DNA from: an uncultured Chloroflexia bacterium
GTDB lineage: Bacteria > Chloroflexota > Limnocylindria > Limnocylindrales > CSP1-4
Direction of reading: 5' to 3'
DNA length: 64,000 bases
Assembly: GCA_963743855.1 (NCBI GenBank)
Contig: CAVURK010000004.1
Coordinates: forward strand, 119,347-183,346
The notes below the pieces were generated by a model. It was not told the origin of the DNA and ran no database searches. It saw only the letters and a list, made by a program, of their open reading frames with translations. Shown piece after piece: positions 36,339-45,558 of the stretch. The first letter of the stretch is position 1. Every line of letters begins with the position of its first letter. Made by a program: the position numbers and the translations under genes.

Positions 36339-38081
36339 CTAACCGGTCGTGCTGCTGGCCGTGATGGTTGGGTCGCGCGTGATCGTCGCCGCCGCCTTCT
36401 TGGCGTTGTACCAGGTCGCGAAGGCCGTCGAGCTGAGCTGCTCGAGCTGGCGTCCCGCGGGCGTCCGCGTCTCCTCGGCGAAGACCTTGAACAGGTACGA
36501 GCCGTCGCCGGCGACGGTCGTGACCTCGCTGGTCTTGCCGATCGGCGCCGCGAAGATCGCGTCGGTCAGTGCCTGGCTCAGCTGGCCCTTGGCGACCCAG
36601 CCCAGGTCGCCGCCGGCGCTGGCGGTCTGTGCCTCGGAGTTGTCCCGGGCGAGGATCCCGAAGTCGGCGCCGCTGTCGGCCTGGGTCTTGAGGTCCTTGA
36701 GATGGTCGGCGTCGGTCGGGTCGTACATGATCTGGATCACGTGCCAGCCGAAGGCGGACTTGACCGGCGGCAGGATGTCGCCGGGCTTGAGGCCGGGCGC
36801 CAGGATCGCCGCCTTGAACGCGGCGTCCACGTCGCTGGTGCTGTCGAAGTACGGGAGCTTGCCGCCGGTGCCGGTCGGACCGAGGTCGGATTCCTCGTCG
36901 CTCTCCTTGCGGGCGATCGAGTCGAACAGGCCCGGGTCGGTCTTGAGCCTGGCGTAGGCCTCGGTCGCCAGCGACTGCGCCCGTGCCCAGGCCGGATCGT
37001 CGGCCGCGACCTTCGAGGCGTTCGCCGGATCGCCCTTCGGTGAATAGAGGATGTGGCGGACCTTGATCGCGTCCGATGGCGGGATCGTCGTCGGTTCGGC
37101 GATGTAGATCTCGGACACCTTGCGCTGCGGGCCGGGAGCGGTCACGTCGGCGACGATCTTGTCCTGGAGCTTCTGGTGCAGGACGTCGGCCGCGACGACG
37201 GTGCGGTAGTGGTCGAGGTTGACGCCGTCGTTCTGGATCTTGGCCTGGTAGGCCGGATCGACCGCCTTCGGCGCGATCTCGGTCGAGCGGCCGATCCGGT
37301 AGGTCCCGTCACTCCCCTCGATGACAGCCGTCGGGGTGTTGACCGGGGCCGCGAAGAGGGCCGTCAGGAAGGCCTCGTCGGACTCGAGTCGTCGGCCTGC
37401 ACCCAGCCGAGATCGCCGCCCTGCGGCGCGGTGGATGCGTCGGTCGAGACCGTCTTGGCGACGTCCTCCCAGGTCTTGCCGCCCTGGATGTCCTTGAGCG
37501 CCTGCGTCTGCCTTGGCCTTGGCGTCCGCCTTCTGTGCATCGGACGGGCCGATGGCACCCGGATCGGTCGCCGGGGCGACCTCGATGTCCCAGACGTGAC
37601 GCTGCTCGGGGGTGGTCGCCTCGGTCGCCAGTTGCGCGTCGACGTCCTGTGGCGTGACGGCCACGCCCTCGCCGGCCGCGAGCGAAGCCTGGAGCTTCGA
37701 ATCGACCAGCCGCTCGAGCGTCATGGCGGGCAGCTGCTGGCGCTGTTGCTCGAGGGTCTGCTGACCGCTGTCGCCCTGGGCCTGGGTCAGATGGCCGGCG
37801 TTGACCTCGGTCGAGATCCGCCGCTCGGCCTCGTCCAGACGCCAGGTCTCGACCTGGAGCCGGTCGGCGTAGTCGTCCTTCGTGATCGACTGGCCGTTGA
37901 CGGAGCCGACGGGTGCGAGATGGTCGTTGTAGTAGGTCAGCCCCGCAGCCACCGCCAGGATCACGATCGCGATGACGACGATCAGGCCGAAGCCGAGGTT
38001 CAGGTAGAGGTTCCGTCGGTCCTGGGTCTCCCACGATGCTCGGTGGGCGCGCTTGACGACGGGTTTGGCTCGAAAGGTCAT
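36339..38081 (-). CDS. Membrane-anchored parvulin-type peptidyl-prolyl isomerase (PrsA/SurA-like); short internal out-of-frame stretch
   Basis: N-terminal TM (LGFGLIVVIAIVILAVAAGL), SurA-like chaperone region and parvulin motifs (IKVRHILYSP...SAFGWHVIQI; DLGWVAKGQL). Between about 37515 and 37390 the sensible sequence (QALKDIQGGKTWEDVAKTVSTDASTAPQGGDLGWVQADD) sits in the ORF 37364..37558 frame, so two compensating indels are present. Confidence 0.75.
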   Translation of the reverse strand: MTFRAKPVVKRAHRASWETQDRRNLYLNLGFGLIVVIAIVILAVAAGLTYYNDHLAPVGSVNGQSITKDDYADRLQVETWRLDEAERRISTEVNAGHLTQAQGDSGQQTLEQQRQQLPAMTLERLVDSKLQASLAAGEGVAVTPQDVDAQLATEATTPEQRHVWDIEVAPATDPGAIGPSDAQKADAKAKADAGAQGHPGRQDLGGRRQDGLDRRIHRAAGRRSRLGAGRRLESDEAFLTALFAAPVNTPTAVIEGSDGTYRIGRSTEIAPKAVDPAYQAKIQNDGVNLDHYRTVVAADVLHQKLQDKIVADVTAPGPQRKVSEIYIAEPTTIPPSDAIKVRHILYSPKGDPANASKVAADDPAWARAQSLATEAYARLKTDPGLFDSIARKESDEESDLGPTGTGGKLPYFDSTSDVDAAFKAAILAPGLKPGDILPPVKSAFGWHVIQIMYDPTDADHLKDLKTQADSGADFGILARDNSEAQTASAGGDLGWVAKGQLSQALTDAIFAAPIGKTSEVTTVAGDGSYLFKVFAEETRTPAGRQLEQLSSTAFATWYNAKKAAATITRDPTITASSTTG

Positions 38082-38182
38082 GGTTCTGGGTCAGTCCTGT
38101 CACATGGCCGGCGATCGCCGGGGATGGAGGGCCGCGGTATGGTACACCGCCCCCTCGGAGGACCGTGTCCGCGACCCCGTCT

Positions 38183-39355
38183 TCAAGCTCCCACCCGGTC
38201 CAAGGACGGCAGGATGAGCTGGTCCGTGACGCGTGTTGCGGAACCTCCATCTGCGACATCGAAGGAGGCCTCCCGGAAACGGTGGACTCGCTCGATGTCG
38301 AAGACTCCCGCCCGAAGGTACTGAGCGAGGGGATCGGTGGTCTCGAAGACCGGTCCGGGCACACCGGTCCGATAGTCGAAGTAGAAGCCACGCTCCCGCT
38401 CGTAGGCCTCGTAGTCGGGGGCGAAGAAGGCCATCGGCCGGCCGAGCAGCGCGAACTCGTAGATCGCGCTCGAGTAATCGGTCACCAGGATGTCGCTGAC
38501 GAGCATCAGCTCGTTGATGTCGGGATGGTCCGAGGCGTCGATGGCGAAGCCGGCCAGCTCCGGCCCGATGGTCGTCGTCGACCGCACGAACGGGTGGAGA
38601 CGGACGAGGACCACGTGGTCGTCGCCGAGGACGTCGCGCAGCCGTCTCAGATCGAGGTCGTCGGTCGCGTGCGCGTCGGTGATGCTGTCGCCGCGGAAGG
38701 TCGGCGCGTAGAGGATGACCCGGCGATCGCCGCCCAGGCCATAGCGCTCGCGGACGGCGGCGCGGGTCCGGGCGAGCCGCTCCTCCCCGAAGAAGACGTC
38801 CGTCCGCGGGATCCCGAGGCGTGACACGAACCGCTCGAGAGGCTGGCGGAACGCCTCCGCGTAGAACGGCGCAGCCGACTGTGAGGCGACCAGGCAGACG
38901 TCGTAGTTCGAGTGGATGCGGACCCGGCGGGCGAGGGCGGCGTCCACCCCGAACGTCTTGTCGAGCACGCTGTAGCCGACCTTCTTGAACGCCCCGCAGG
39001 CGTGCCAGGTCTGGATGATGGTCGTCCCGCGACGTGGCCGGATGACATAGATCGGGAAGAAGTAGTCGTCCACGACGAAGACGCGCGACGTGGCGAGATA
39101 CCAGCCCGCGACGACCGCTCCCCAGGCGGCGATGACCCTGCCGCGAAGGCCGCCCCGCGTCCGATGAGCCAGTGCGACGACGGTGATCTCCGGGTGACGT
39201 GCAGCCAGGTCGTCGCGGATGGCCGCCAGGTTGCCGCCGAGATTGGGCGCGTGCGCCGTCGCGAGCACGACCCGCGATCGGAGCGGCAGCCAGACGCCGG
39301 CGCCGTACCCGATCCGCACGAGCAGGATCCGGATGGTGAGCACGAGGTCGCTCAC
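38183..39355 (-). CDS. CDP-glycerol/CDP-ribitol polyol-phosphate transferase (TagB/TagF/TarL family)
   Basis: Glyphos_transf hallmarks: IIQTWHACGAFKKVGYS, ILYAPTFRGD, VLVRLHPF, ELMLVSDILVTDYSSAIYEFALLGRPMAFFAPDYEAYERERGFYFDY. Confidence 0.85.
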   Translation of the reverse strand: MSDLVLTIRILLVRIGYGAGVWLPLRSRVVLATAHAPNLGGNLAAIRDDLAARHPEITVVALAHRTRGGLRGRVIAAWGAVVAGWYLATSRVFVVDDYFFPIYVIRPRRGTTIIQTWHACGAFKKVGYSVLDKTFGVDAALARRVRIHSNYDVCLVASQSAAPFYAEAFRQPLERFVSRLGIPRTDVFFGEERLARTRAAVRERYGLGGDRRVILYAPTFRGDSITDAHATDDLDLRRLRDVLGDDHVVLVRLHPFVRSTTTIGPELAGFAIDASDHPDINELMLVSDILVTDYSSAIYEFALLGRPMAFFAPDYEAYERERGFYFDYRTGVPGPVFETTDPLAQYLRAGVFDIERVHRFREASFDVADGGSATRVTDQLILPSLDRVGA

Positions 39356-40977
39356 CGGCGAAGGATGAGCTGGTCGATCACCCGATCGGTCGAGCCGGCA
39401 TCGAGGTGAGAGAAGTGGCTCGCCGCGAAGGCGGCCACCTTTTCGACTTCGTAGTCGTCGCGCCGGATCGCGTCGAGGAGCTCCGGAAAGGTCCGCACGA
39501 TCCGCCCAGGGACGAACGTCTCGAACGGTTCGTAGAAGTCGCGGCTCGCCACGTAGTCGTCGAGGTCGTAGGCATAGAACAGCATCGGCCGGCCAAGGGT
39601 CGAGAACTCGAACACGATCGACGAGTAATCGGTGATCAGCAGGTCGACCGCGAACAGCAGGTCATTGACGTCGAGGGTCGTGGTCGATCCATCGAGCAGC
39701 CGGTCGCGGAACGCCTCCGGGATCGGCGGGGTCGTCGTCACGAACGGATGCATCCGGATGATCACGACCGCGTCGCGTTCGACGGCCAGCGCGTGGAGGG
39801 CGGCGTAGTCGAGCCGGTCGAAGTCGTAGTCCGCGGTCCGTGGCCCGTCGCCGCGGAAGGTCGGTGCGAACAGGATGGTCATCCGGCCTTCACTCGCGGG
39901 GAACGCGGCACGTGCCGCGGCGAGTCCCTCCGCGCGGGCCTCCTCGTCGAAGTAGCGGTCCATCCGCGGGATCCCGGTCGGGACGACGCGTGCCTCCGGG
40001 ATCCCGAACGCTTCCGCGTAGAACGGGACGTCGTGGTCGGAGCTGACGATCGCGTACGTGTAGTTCTTGTGCACGAGCGAGAACGGGTCGGGCCCGCCCG
40101 GCTTGCCCACACGGCTGTAGCCGACCGTCTTGAACGCCCCGGCCGCGTGCCACAGCTGGACGATCCGGACGCCGTGGTCGACGCCGATCCGGTAGATGAT
40201 CGGCTGGTAGTCGTCGACGACGATGACGTCGGCCCCGGCCAGCAGCAATGGCAGGCGCAACCGGTCGCGCAGGCCGCGGCGGTGGGCGACGCTCTCCCGG
40301 AACAGAGTCTGCAGCGTGTAGGACCTGTCGAGCCCGCGGGCGCGCATCCGGTCGTGGACGTCCTTGAGGTTGCCCTCGAGACCGCCGCGCGAATCCGACG
40401 TGAACAGGATCCGCCGACCCGACCCATCGGTCACCCGTCGCAGGGCGTGGAGCGCAAAGCGGAAGAGTGCGCCGCGCAGGGTTCCGGCATGCACGGCCAG
40501 GCGAGCCCGTAGCCGCATGTGCCCGGCGAGGTCGCGATCGAAGCCGGCGTCTCCGTCGACCCTGACACTCAGCTCGAGCGATCCCTCGGGGGTCACCATC
40601 GGCGTGACGACATATGCCCCGCGACGAAGACGGAATGTAACGCCGTCACGGACGGGATCGACTGGCGCCGGGGTCTCGATCGGCAGCGGGACCACCGGCC
40701 CGTGCGGCCCGTCCGTCGTCGTCACCAGCCGCCAGCGGCCTGCTGCCAGCGGCTGGAGCCCTGGCCCCTGCATCACGTTGATCCGGAGCCTGATCCGGTC
40801 GCCGCTGATCGTCGCTTCGGTCGGTGCCACTCGACCCGGGCCATCGACGTGGTCGAGACGGAGACGATCAGGCGTCAGCTCCCCACCGGCGACGGACCGG
40901 GCGTCGACCTGGAGCTGGATGCGTTCCCAGCGGATCGACGCGATCGCGAGCGCCGGCCGGCTTGGGCGAACGTGCAT
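39352..40977 (-). CDS. TagF/TarL-family polyol-phosphate transferase with ~170-aa N-terminal extension
   Basis: IVQLWHAAGAFKTVGYS, ILFAPTFRGDG, VIIRMHPF, DLLFAVDLLITDYSSIVFEFSTLGRPMLFYAYDLDDYVASRDFYEPF. The first ~170 aa are a separate beta-rich region. Its stop overlaps the next gene's start region (39352-39355). Confidence 0.85.
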   Translation of the reverse strand: MHVRPSRPALAIASIRWERIQLQVDARSVAGGELTPDRLRLDHVDGPGRVAPTEATISGDRIRLRINVMQGPGLQPLAAGRWRLVTTTDGPHGPVVPLPIETPAPVDPVRDGVTFRLRRGAYVVTPMVTPEGSLELSVRVDGDAGFDRDLAGHMRLRARLAVHAGTLRGALFRFALHALRRVTDGSGRRILFTSDSRGGLEGNLKDVHDRMRARGLDRSYTLQTLFRESVAHRRGLRDRLRLPLLLAGADVIVVDDYQPIIYRIGVDHGVRIVQLWHAAGAFKTVGYSRVGKPGGPDPFSLVHKNYTYAIVSSDHDVPFYAEAFGIPEARVVPTGIPRMDRYFDEEARAEGLAAARAAFPASEGRMTILFAPTFRGDGPRTADYDFDRLDYAALHALAVERDAVVIIRMHPFVTTTPPIPEAFRDRLLDGSTTTLDVNDLLFAVDLLITDYSSIVFEFSTLGRPMLFYAYDLDDYVASRDFYEPFETFVPGRIVRTFPELLDAIRRDDYEVEKVAAFAASHFSHLDAGSTDRVIDQLILRR

Positions 40978-41186
40978 CGGGCTCCTTCGACGACGGGGTG
41001 GGCTTCGGGGGTTTCGGATTTCCGGCTCTGGGCGATGTCGGGGTCTCGAGGACCCGCGGAGGGCTTGCGGACCGTCGCCGATGATAGCCGTGCGACCGGG
41101 CCGACAGTCCGCGCGGTACTCTCCATCCGACAGCGAGCCCGTGCCCAGGGTCGTGCCGACGAGCCCGGGCGCCCACGGAGGACCGC

Positions 41187-41873
41187 ATGAAGATCGGGAT
41201 GATCGTGCTCGCCGGAGGGATCGGCAAGCGCATCGGACGGCCGTTTCCCAAGCAGTTCCTCCTGCTCGGTGGCAAGCCGCTCATCATCCACGTGCTCGAG
41301 AAGGCGCGCCAGACCGCCGACATCGACCGAGTCGTCATCACCTGCCCGGAAGCGCATCTCGAGGAGACACGGAAGCTGATCGCCAACCACGGCTTCGATG
41401 CGCGCTACACGTGCATCGTGGGTGGGACCTCGCGCCAGGAATCGGTCTACCTGGGGCTACGCGAGCTCGACGACTGCGACTCAGTGATCATCCACGAAGC
41501 GGTCCGGCCGCTGGTCACGGCCGACGAGTTCCGCGAGCTGATCGATGCCGCGGATCCCAACGCGATGTTCGGCATCCCGATCCCGTTCACCGTGCTCAAG
41601 GGCCACGAGTACGTCGAGGACCTGCTGGAGCGCGACGAGCTGGTCAACGTCCAGCTCCCCCAGAAGTTCGACCGGGCGGCGCTCGCGGCGGCCCACGATG
41701 CGGCCCGACGCGACGGCGCGACCTTCACGGAGGATGCCAGCCTCTTCCATCGCTATGCCGACGCCAGGGTCCGGATCCTGCCCGGGTCGGAGCGCAACAT
41801 CAAGATCACGGTCCCGACCGACATCGTGACCGCCGAGGCGATCTACGCCGACAGCATCGGCCGCGGAGGCTGA
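41187..41873 (+). CDS. tarI: IspD/TarI-family cytidylyltransferase (probable ribitol-5-phosphate cytidylyltransferase)
   Basis: MIVLAGGIGKRIGRPFPKQFLLLGGKPLIIHVLE...VIIHEAVRPLV is the IspD/TarI signature. ATG is preceded by GGAGGA. The assignment to ribitol rests on the context with TagF-family genes and an adjacent reductase. Confidence 0.75.
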   Translation: MKIGMIVLAGGIGKRIGRPFPKQFLLLGGKPLIIHVLEKARQTADIDRVVITCPEAHLEETRKLIANHGFDARYTCIVGGTSRQESVYLGLRELDDCDSVIIHEAVRPLVTADEFRELIDAADPNAMFGIPIPFTVLKGHEYVEDLLERDELVNVQLPQKFDRAALAAAHDAARRDGATFTEDASLFHRYADARVRILPGSERNIKITVPTDIVTAEAIYADSIGRGG

Positions 41874-41875
41874 CG

Positions 41876-42580
41876 GTGGGCAGGGTCTGCGTGATCACGG
41901 GTGCCAGCCAGGGCATCGGGCGAGCGGCTGCGGTCCGGATGAGCCAGGAGGACGATGTGAGCGCCCTCGTCCTGATCGCGCGGAACGCGGCCGGGCTCGA
42001 CGAGACGGCGGCGGCGCTGCAGCGTGACGGGAAGGACGTCGAGCTGATCCCGTACGACCTGATGGACCTCGACGGGATCCCGGCGCTCGTCCGGCGCATC
42101 CACGATCGGTTCGGGAGCATCGACATCCTGCTCAACATCGCGGGCTATGCCGATCCGCAGTCCCTTCTCGACACCGACGCCGACAACATCGTCAAGACCT
42201 ACACGATCAACGTGTTCGCGATGCTGCTGCTGATCCGCGAGACCGCGCGCTACATGTACGACCGGCCGGCCAAGATCCTCAACGTGGCCTCGACCGCCGG
42301 GATCACGTCGCGACCGGGGTGGCTGGCCTACGCCTCGTCGAAGGCGGCCGTCGTGTCGCTGTCCGCCACGCTGGCGGACGAGCTCGCGGGGAGCGGCATC
42401 AAGATCTACAGCATCTCGCCCGGGCGGACCGCCACGGAGCTGCGCCGCAAGCTGGCGCCCGAGGAGGACCCGAGCTCGATCATGCAGCCGGGCCAGGTCG
42501 CCGACGTGATCGCCCAGCTGATGCGCGACACCGAGGTCACCCTCGACGGCCAGAACATCATCGTCCGCACCCGGGCCTGA
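41876..42580 (+). CDS. Short-chain dehydrogenase/reductase (candidate ribulose-5-P reductase partner of TarI)
   Basis: GTG 41876 (3 nt after the tarI-like stop, GGAGG upstream). SDR motifs VITGASQGIGRAAA, NIAG and YASSKAAV (YxxxK). It lies in the frame of the artefactual ORF 40364..42580. Confidence 0.8.
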   Translation: MGRVCVITGASQGIGRAAAVRMSQEDDVSALVLIARNAAGLDETAAALQRDGKDVELIPYDLMDLDGIPALVRRIHDRFGSIDILLNIAGYADPQSLLDTDADNIVKTYTINVFAMLLLIRETARYMYDRPAKILNVASTAGITSRPGWLAYASSKAAVVSLSATLADELAGSGIKIYSISPGRTATELRRKLAPEEDPSSIMQPGQVADVIAQLMRDTEVTLDGQNIIVRTRA

Positions 42581-42604
42581 GGGGCGGATGGACCGGACGG
42601 GCGG

Positions 42605-43732
42605 ATGAACCGGCTCGAATACCGACTGGCCAGCACGCTCCTCCGGCTCGTCCGGCTCATCGCCGGGCTGCTCCCGCGACATCCCGACCGAATCGTCCTC
42701 GCCACGGCTCGCGTGTCGACCCTCGACGGCAATCTCTTCTACATCCATCGGGCGATGCGCGCGCGCCACCCGGAGCTCGACGTGGTGCTCCTGCTCGAGC
42801 CGTACAGCTACGGCCTGGCCGGCAAGCTCGCCTACCTCGTGCGGCTGATCCGCGGCATGTACCACCTCCAGACCGCCGGCCTGTTCGTCGTCGACAACGC
42901 CTACCTGCCGGTCCACGTCGCGCCTCACCGGCCGACGACGACGGTCGTCCAGGTCTGGCATGCCGCCGGCGCGCTCAAGCGCTTCGGGCTCGACACGCGG
43001 ACGCCGCTCGCGGAGCCCGAGCGGACGTTCCTCCACCGCTACTACGACGCGGTCGTCGTCGGCGGTGCATGGTCGCGCGGGCCGTACGCGGCCGCCCTGC
43101 GGACACCCATCGAGCGGGTGCTGGCGCTGGGGTCCCCTCGGACCGACTTCTTCTTCGACGAGGCCGATCTCGCCGCGGCACGGGCGCGTGTGCTGGCCAT
43201 CCATCCCGCCCTCGCCGGCCGGCGGGTGGTCCTCTACGCCCCGACCTTCCGCGGGCGGGGGGTCGCCAAGCGGGCCGCGCCGGGTCTCGATGCCGAACGC
43301 CTGCGCGCCGCGCTCCCGGCCGACCACGTGCTCGTCCTCAAGACGCATCCCAACCTCGATCCGGCCGCGACGCCGACGGCCGGCTTCGATGTCGTCGCCG
43401 ACCCCGCCGCCGAGATCAACGAGCTGCTGGCAGTCACGGACATCCTGATCACCGACTATTCGTCGTCGGTGGTCGAGTTCGCGCTCCTTCGCCGGCCGAT
43501 CGTCCTGCTCGTCGGCGACCTGGCCGAGTACGAGGTCGATCCCGGCCTCTACCTCGACTATCGGACCGAGATGATCGGGACGCAGGTCACCGACACCGAC
43601 GGCGTCATCGACGCGATCGCGACCGAACGGTTCGACCTGAGCGGCTACGACGCCTTCCTCGATCGGCAGCTCGGGCCGGCCCGCGGCGGTGCCAGCGACC
43701 GGTTCGTCGAGCACTTCGTCGAGCGCCCCTGA
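42605..43732 (+). CDS. TagB/TagF/TarL-family polyol-phosphate transferase
   Basis: VVQVWHAAGALKRFGLD, VLYAPTFRGRG, VLVLKTHPN, ELLAVTDILITDYSSSVVEFALLRRPIVLLVGDLAEYEVDPGLYLDY. Confidence 0.85.
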   Translation: MNRLEYRLASTLLRLVRLIAGLLPRHPDRIVLATARVSTLDGNLFYIHRAMRARHPELDVVLLLEPYSYGLAGKLAYLVRLIRGMYHLQTAGLFVVDNAYLPVHVAPHRPTTTVVQVWHAAGALKRFGLDTRTPLAEPERTFLHRYYDAVVVGGAWSRGPYAAALRTPIERVLALGSPRTDFFFDEADLAAARARVLAIHPALAGRRVVLYAPTFRGRGVAKRAAPGLDAERLRAALPADHVLVLKTHPNLDPAATPTAGFDVVADPAAEINELLAVTDILITDYSSSVVEFALLRRPIVLLVGDLAEYEVDPGLYLDYRTEMIGTQVTDTDGVIDAIATERFDLSGYDAFLDRQLGPARGGASDRFVEHFVERP

Positions 43733-43766
43733 GCCGTCGCGGAGCCAGGTGGTACCCTTCCGCCCG

Positions 43767-44657
43767 ATGTCCGCCACGAGTGAGGTCCCGGCAGCCTTTC
43801 GCAATGCCGCCGGCAACCCGGGTCCCGTCGCGCTCGTCAGGGAGGGCATCGGCGACATCCGGTCGCGTCGCCGGCTGGTCCGCTACCTGGTCCAGGCCGA
43901 TGTCCACAAGCGTGGCGCGGACACCCTGCTCGGCAACATCTGGTGGGTCCTCGACCCGCTCCTCCAGATGCTCGTCTACGTCGTCTTCGTCACGATCATC
44001 GTCCCGAACGGCAAGCCGCCCGACTATCCGCTCTTCATCTTCTCGGCGATCCTGCCGTGGAAATGGTTCTCGGCTTCGATCACCGACGCGACCGTCTCGA
44101 TCGTCAGCCAGGACCAGCTGATCAAGCAGATCCAGTTCCCCAAGATCGTCCTGCCCGTCGCGGCGACGACGGCGGGGATCGTCAGCTTCGCGTTCGGGAC
44201 CGTCGCGCTCGGGATGCTGATGATCTTCTTCTCGGACAGGATCACCCCGTGGCTGGTCTTCATCCCGGTCATCGCCATCGTCCAGTTCGTGTTCACCCTG
44301 GCGTGCTCGTTCCTGGTGGCGGCCGGGAACGTCTTCTTCCGCGACCTCGGCAATGTCGTGGGTCACGTCCTCCGTCTGTGGTGGTTCCTGTCCCCCGGGC
44401 TCTACAGCCTGGCCAGTCTCGATCAGATCAGGGTCTTCAAGGATCACGCGTGGCTGACGACGCTCGCGAATGCCAACCCGTTCGCGATCCTGTTCGAGGC
44501 CTACCGATCGGTCATCTACGGAACGCCGACGACGATACCGAGCGGGCCGCCGAACATGGTTCCGCTCGCCGTCCTCCTCGTGGCGAGCCTGGTCCTGCTC
44601 GGCCTGACCACGATCGTCTTCAAGCGCCTCGAGCCCAACTTCGCCAAGGTCATCTGA
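43767..44657 (+). CDS. tagG: ABC-2 type polymer-export permease (TagG/Wzm-like)
   Basis: ATG 43767. LVRYLVQADVHKRGADTLLGNIWWVLDPLLQMLVYVVF plus six hydrophobic spans, typical of TagG/Wzm permeases. Confidence 0.8.
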   Translation: MSATSEVPAAFRNAAGNPGPVALVREGIGDIRSRRRLVRYLVQADVHKRGADTLLGNIWWVLDPLLQMLVYVVFVTIIVPNGKPPDYPLFIFSAILPWKWFSASITDATVSIVSQDQLIKQIQFPKIVLPVAATTAGIVSFAFGTVALGMLMIFFSDRITPWLVFIPVIAIVQFVFTLACSFLVAAGNVFFRDLGNVVGHVLRLWWFLSPGLYSLASLDQIRVFKDHAWLTTLANANPFAILFEAYRSVIYGTPTTIPSGPPNMVPLAVLLVASLVLLGLTTIVFKRLEPNFAKVI

Positions 44658-45505
44658 TGTCGCTCCTGCGCCGCCCTCCGAAATACGTGAAGCCCGAGCC
44701 CGCCACGACGTACGCCATCGGCGCCGAGAACCTGGGCGTCCGCTACGACCTGCGCTTCACGAAGAAGACGACCATCCGGAGCTCCGTCGGCCAGATGCTC
44801 GGGCGCGGCCAGGTCGAGAAGTTCTGGGCGCTGCGCCACGTCGACCTGCGCGTCCAGCGGGGAGAATCGCTGGCGGTGATCGGGCCGAACGGCGCGGGCA
44901 AGAGCACGCTCCTGCAGGTCCTCGCCGGGATCATCCGGCCATCCGAGGGTGCGGTGGACGTGTTCGGCCATGTCTCGGGGCTGCTGACCCTCGGCGCCGG
45001 GTTCGACAAGGAGCTGACCGGCCGCGACAACATCCTGCTCGGCGGCGCCTTCCTCGGGCTCGACGACGCCGTGACGCGCGACCTCCTGCCCTCGATCATC
45101 GAATACGCGGAGCTCGGCGAGTTCATCGACGCCCCTCTGCGGACGTACTCGTCCGGGATGCGAGCGCGACTCGGGTTCGCGATCGCGACCTCGGTCGACC
45201 CCGACATCCTGCTGCTCGACGAGGTCCTCGCCACGGGCGACGCGAACTTCCGGGCGAAGTCGAAGGCGCGGGTCATCGAGATCGTCGGCGCGGCAAAGGC
45301 CGTCGTCCTGGTCACCCACGACATGAACTGGGTGACCGAGTACTGCAACCGGGCGATCCTGATCGAGCGCGGCGAGATGGTCATGGAGGGCGAGCCCGCC
45401 GACGTCGTCGAGGTCCATCAGGTCCACACGGAGGAGGCCCGGGCACGCACCGCCGAGGCCGCCCAGAAGGCCGGGATGGACCCGCGGATCGTGCCCGTCC
45501 GCTGA
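44657..45505 (+). CDS. tagH: Polymer-export ABC transporter ATP-binding protein (TagH/Wzt-like)
   Basis: Its start overlaps the permease stop (TGATG). Walker A GPNGAGKSTLLQ, signature YSSGMRARLGFA, Walker B ILLLDEVLATGD. Confidence 0.85.
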   Translation: MSLLRRPPKYVKPEPATTYAIGAENLGVRYDLRFTKKTTIRSSVGQMLGRGQVEKFWALRHVDLRVQRGESLAVIGPNGAGKSTLLQVLAGIIRPSEGAVDVFGHVSGLLTLGAGFDKELTGRDNILLGGAFLGLDDAVTRDLLPSIIEYAELGEFIDAPLRTYSSGMRARLGFAIATSVDPDILLLDEVLATGDANFRAKSKARVIEIVGAAKAVVLVTHDMNWVTEYCNRAILIERGEMVMEGEPADVVEVHQVHTEEARARTAEAAQKAGMDPRIVPVR

Positions 45506-45558
45506 CATCGCGGCGGCCAGCGGCGGCGGCCAGCGGCTGCGGCTAGCGATCCCGGCGG

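Noticed and set aside
45506-45558. A tandem GC-rich 12-mer (GCGGCGGCCAGC GGCGGCGGCCAGC GGCTGCGGCTAGC) between tagH and the next gene. I considered a CRISPR or other repeat array here, and also for the 18-bp coding repeat at 27542-27613.
   Set aside because: There are only two to three degenerate copies with no spacers. The 18-bp units are in frame within a low-complexity linker. Neither has CRISPR architecture, and no cas genes are present.
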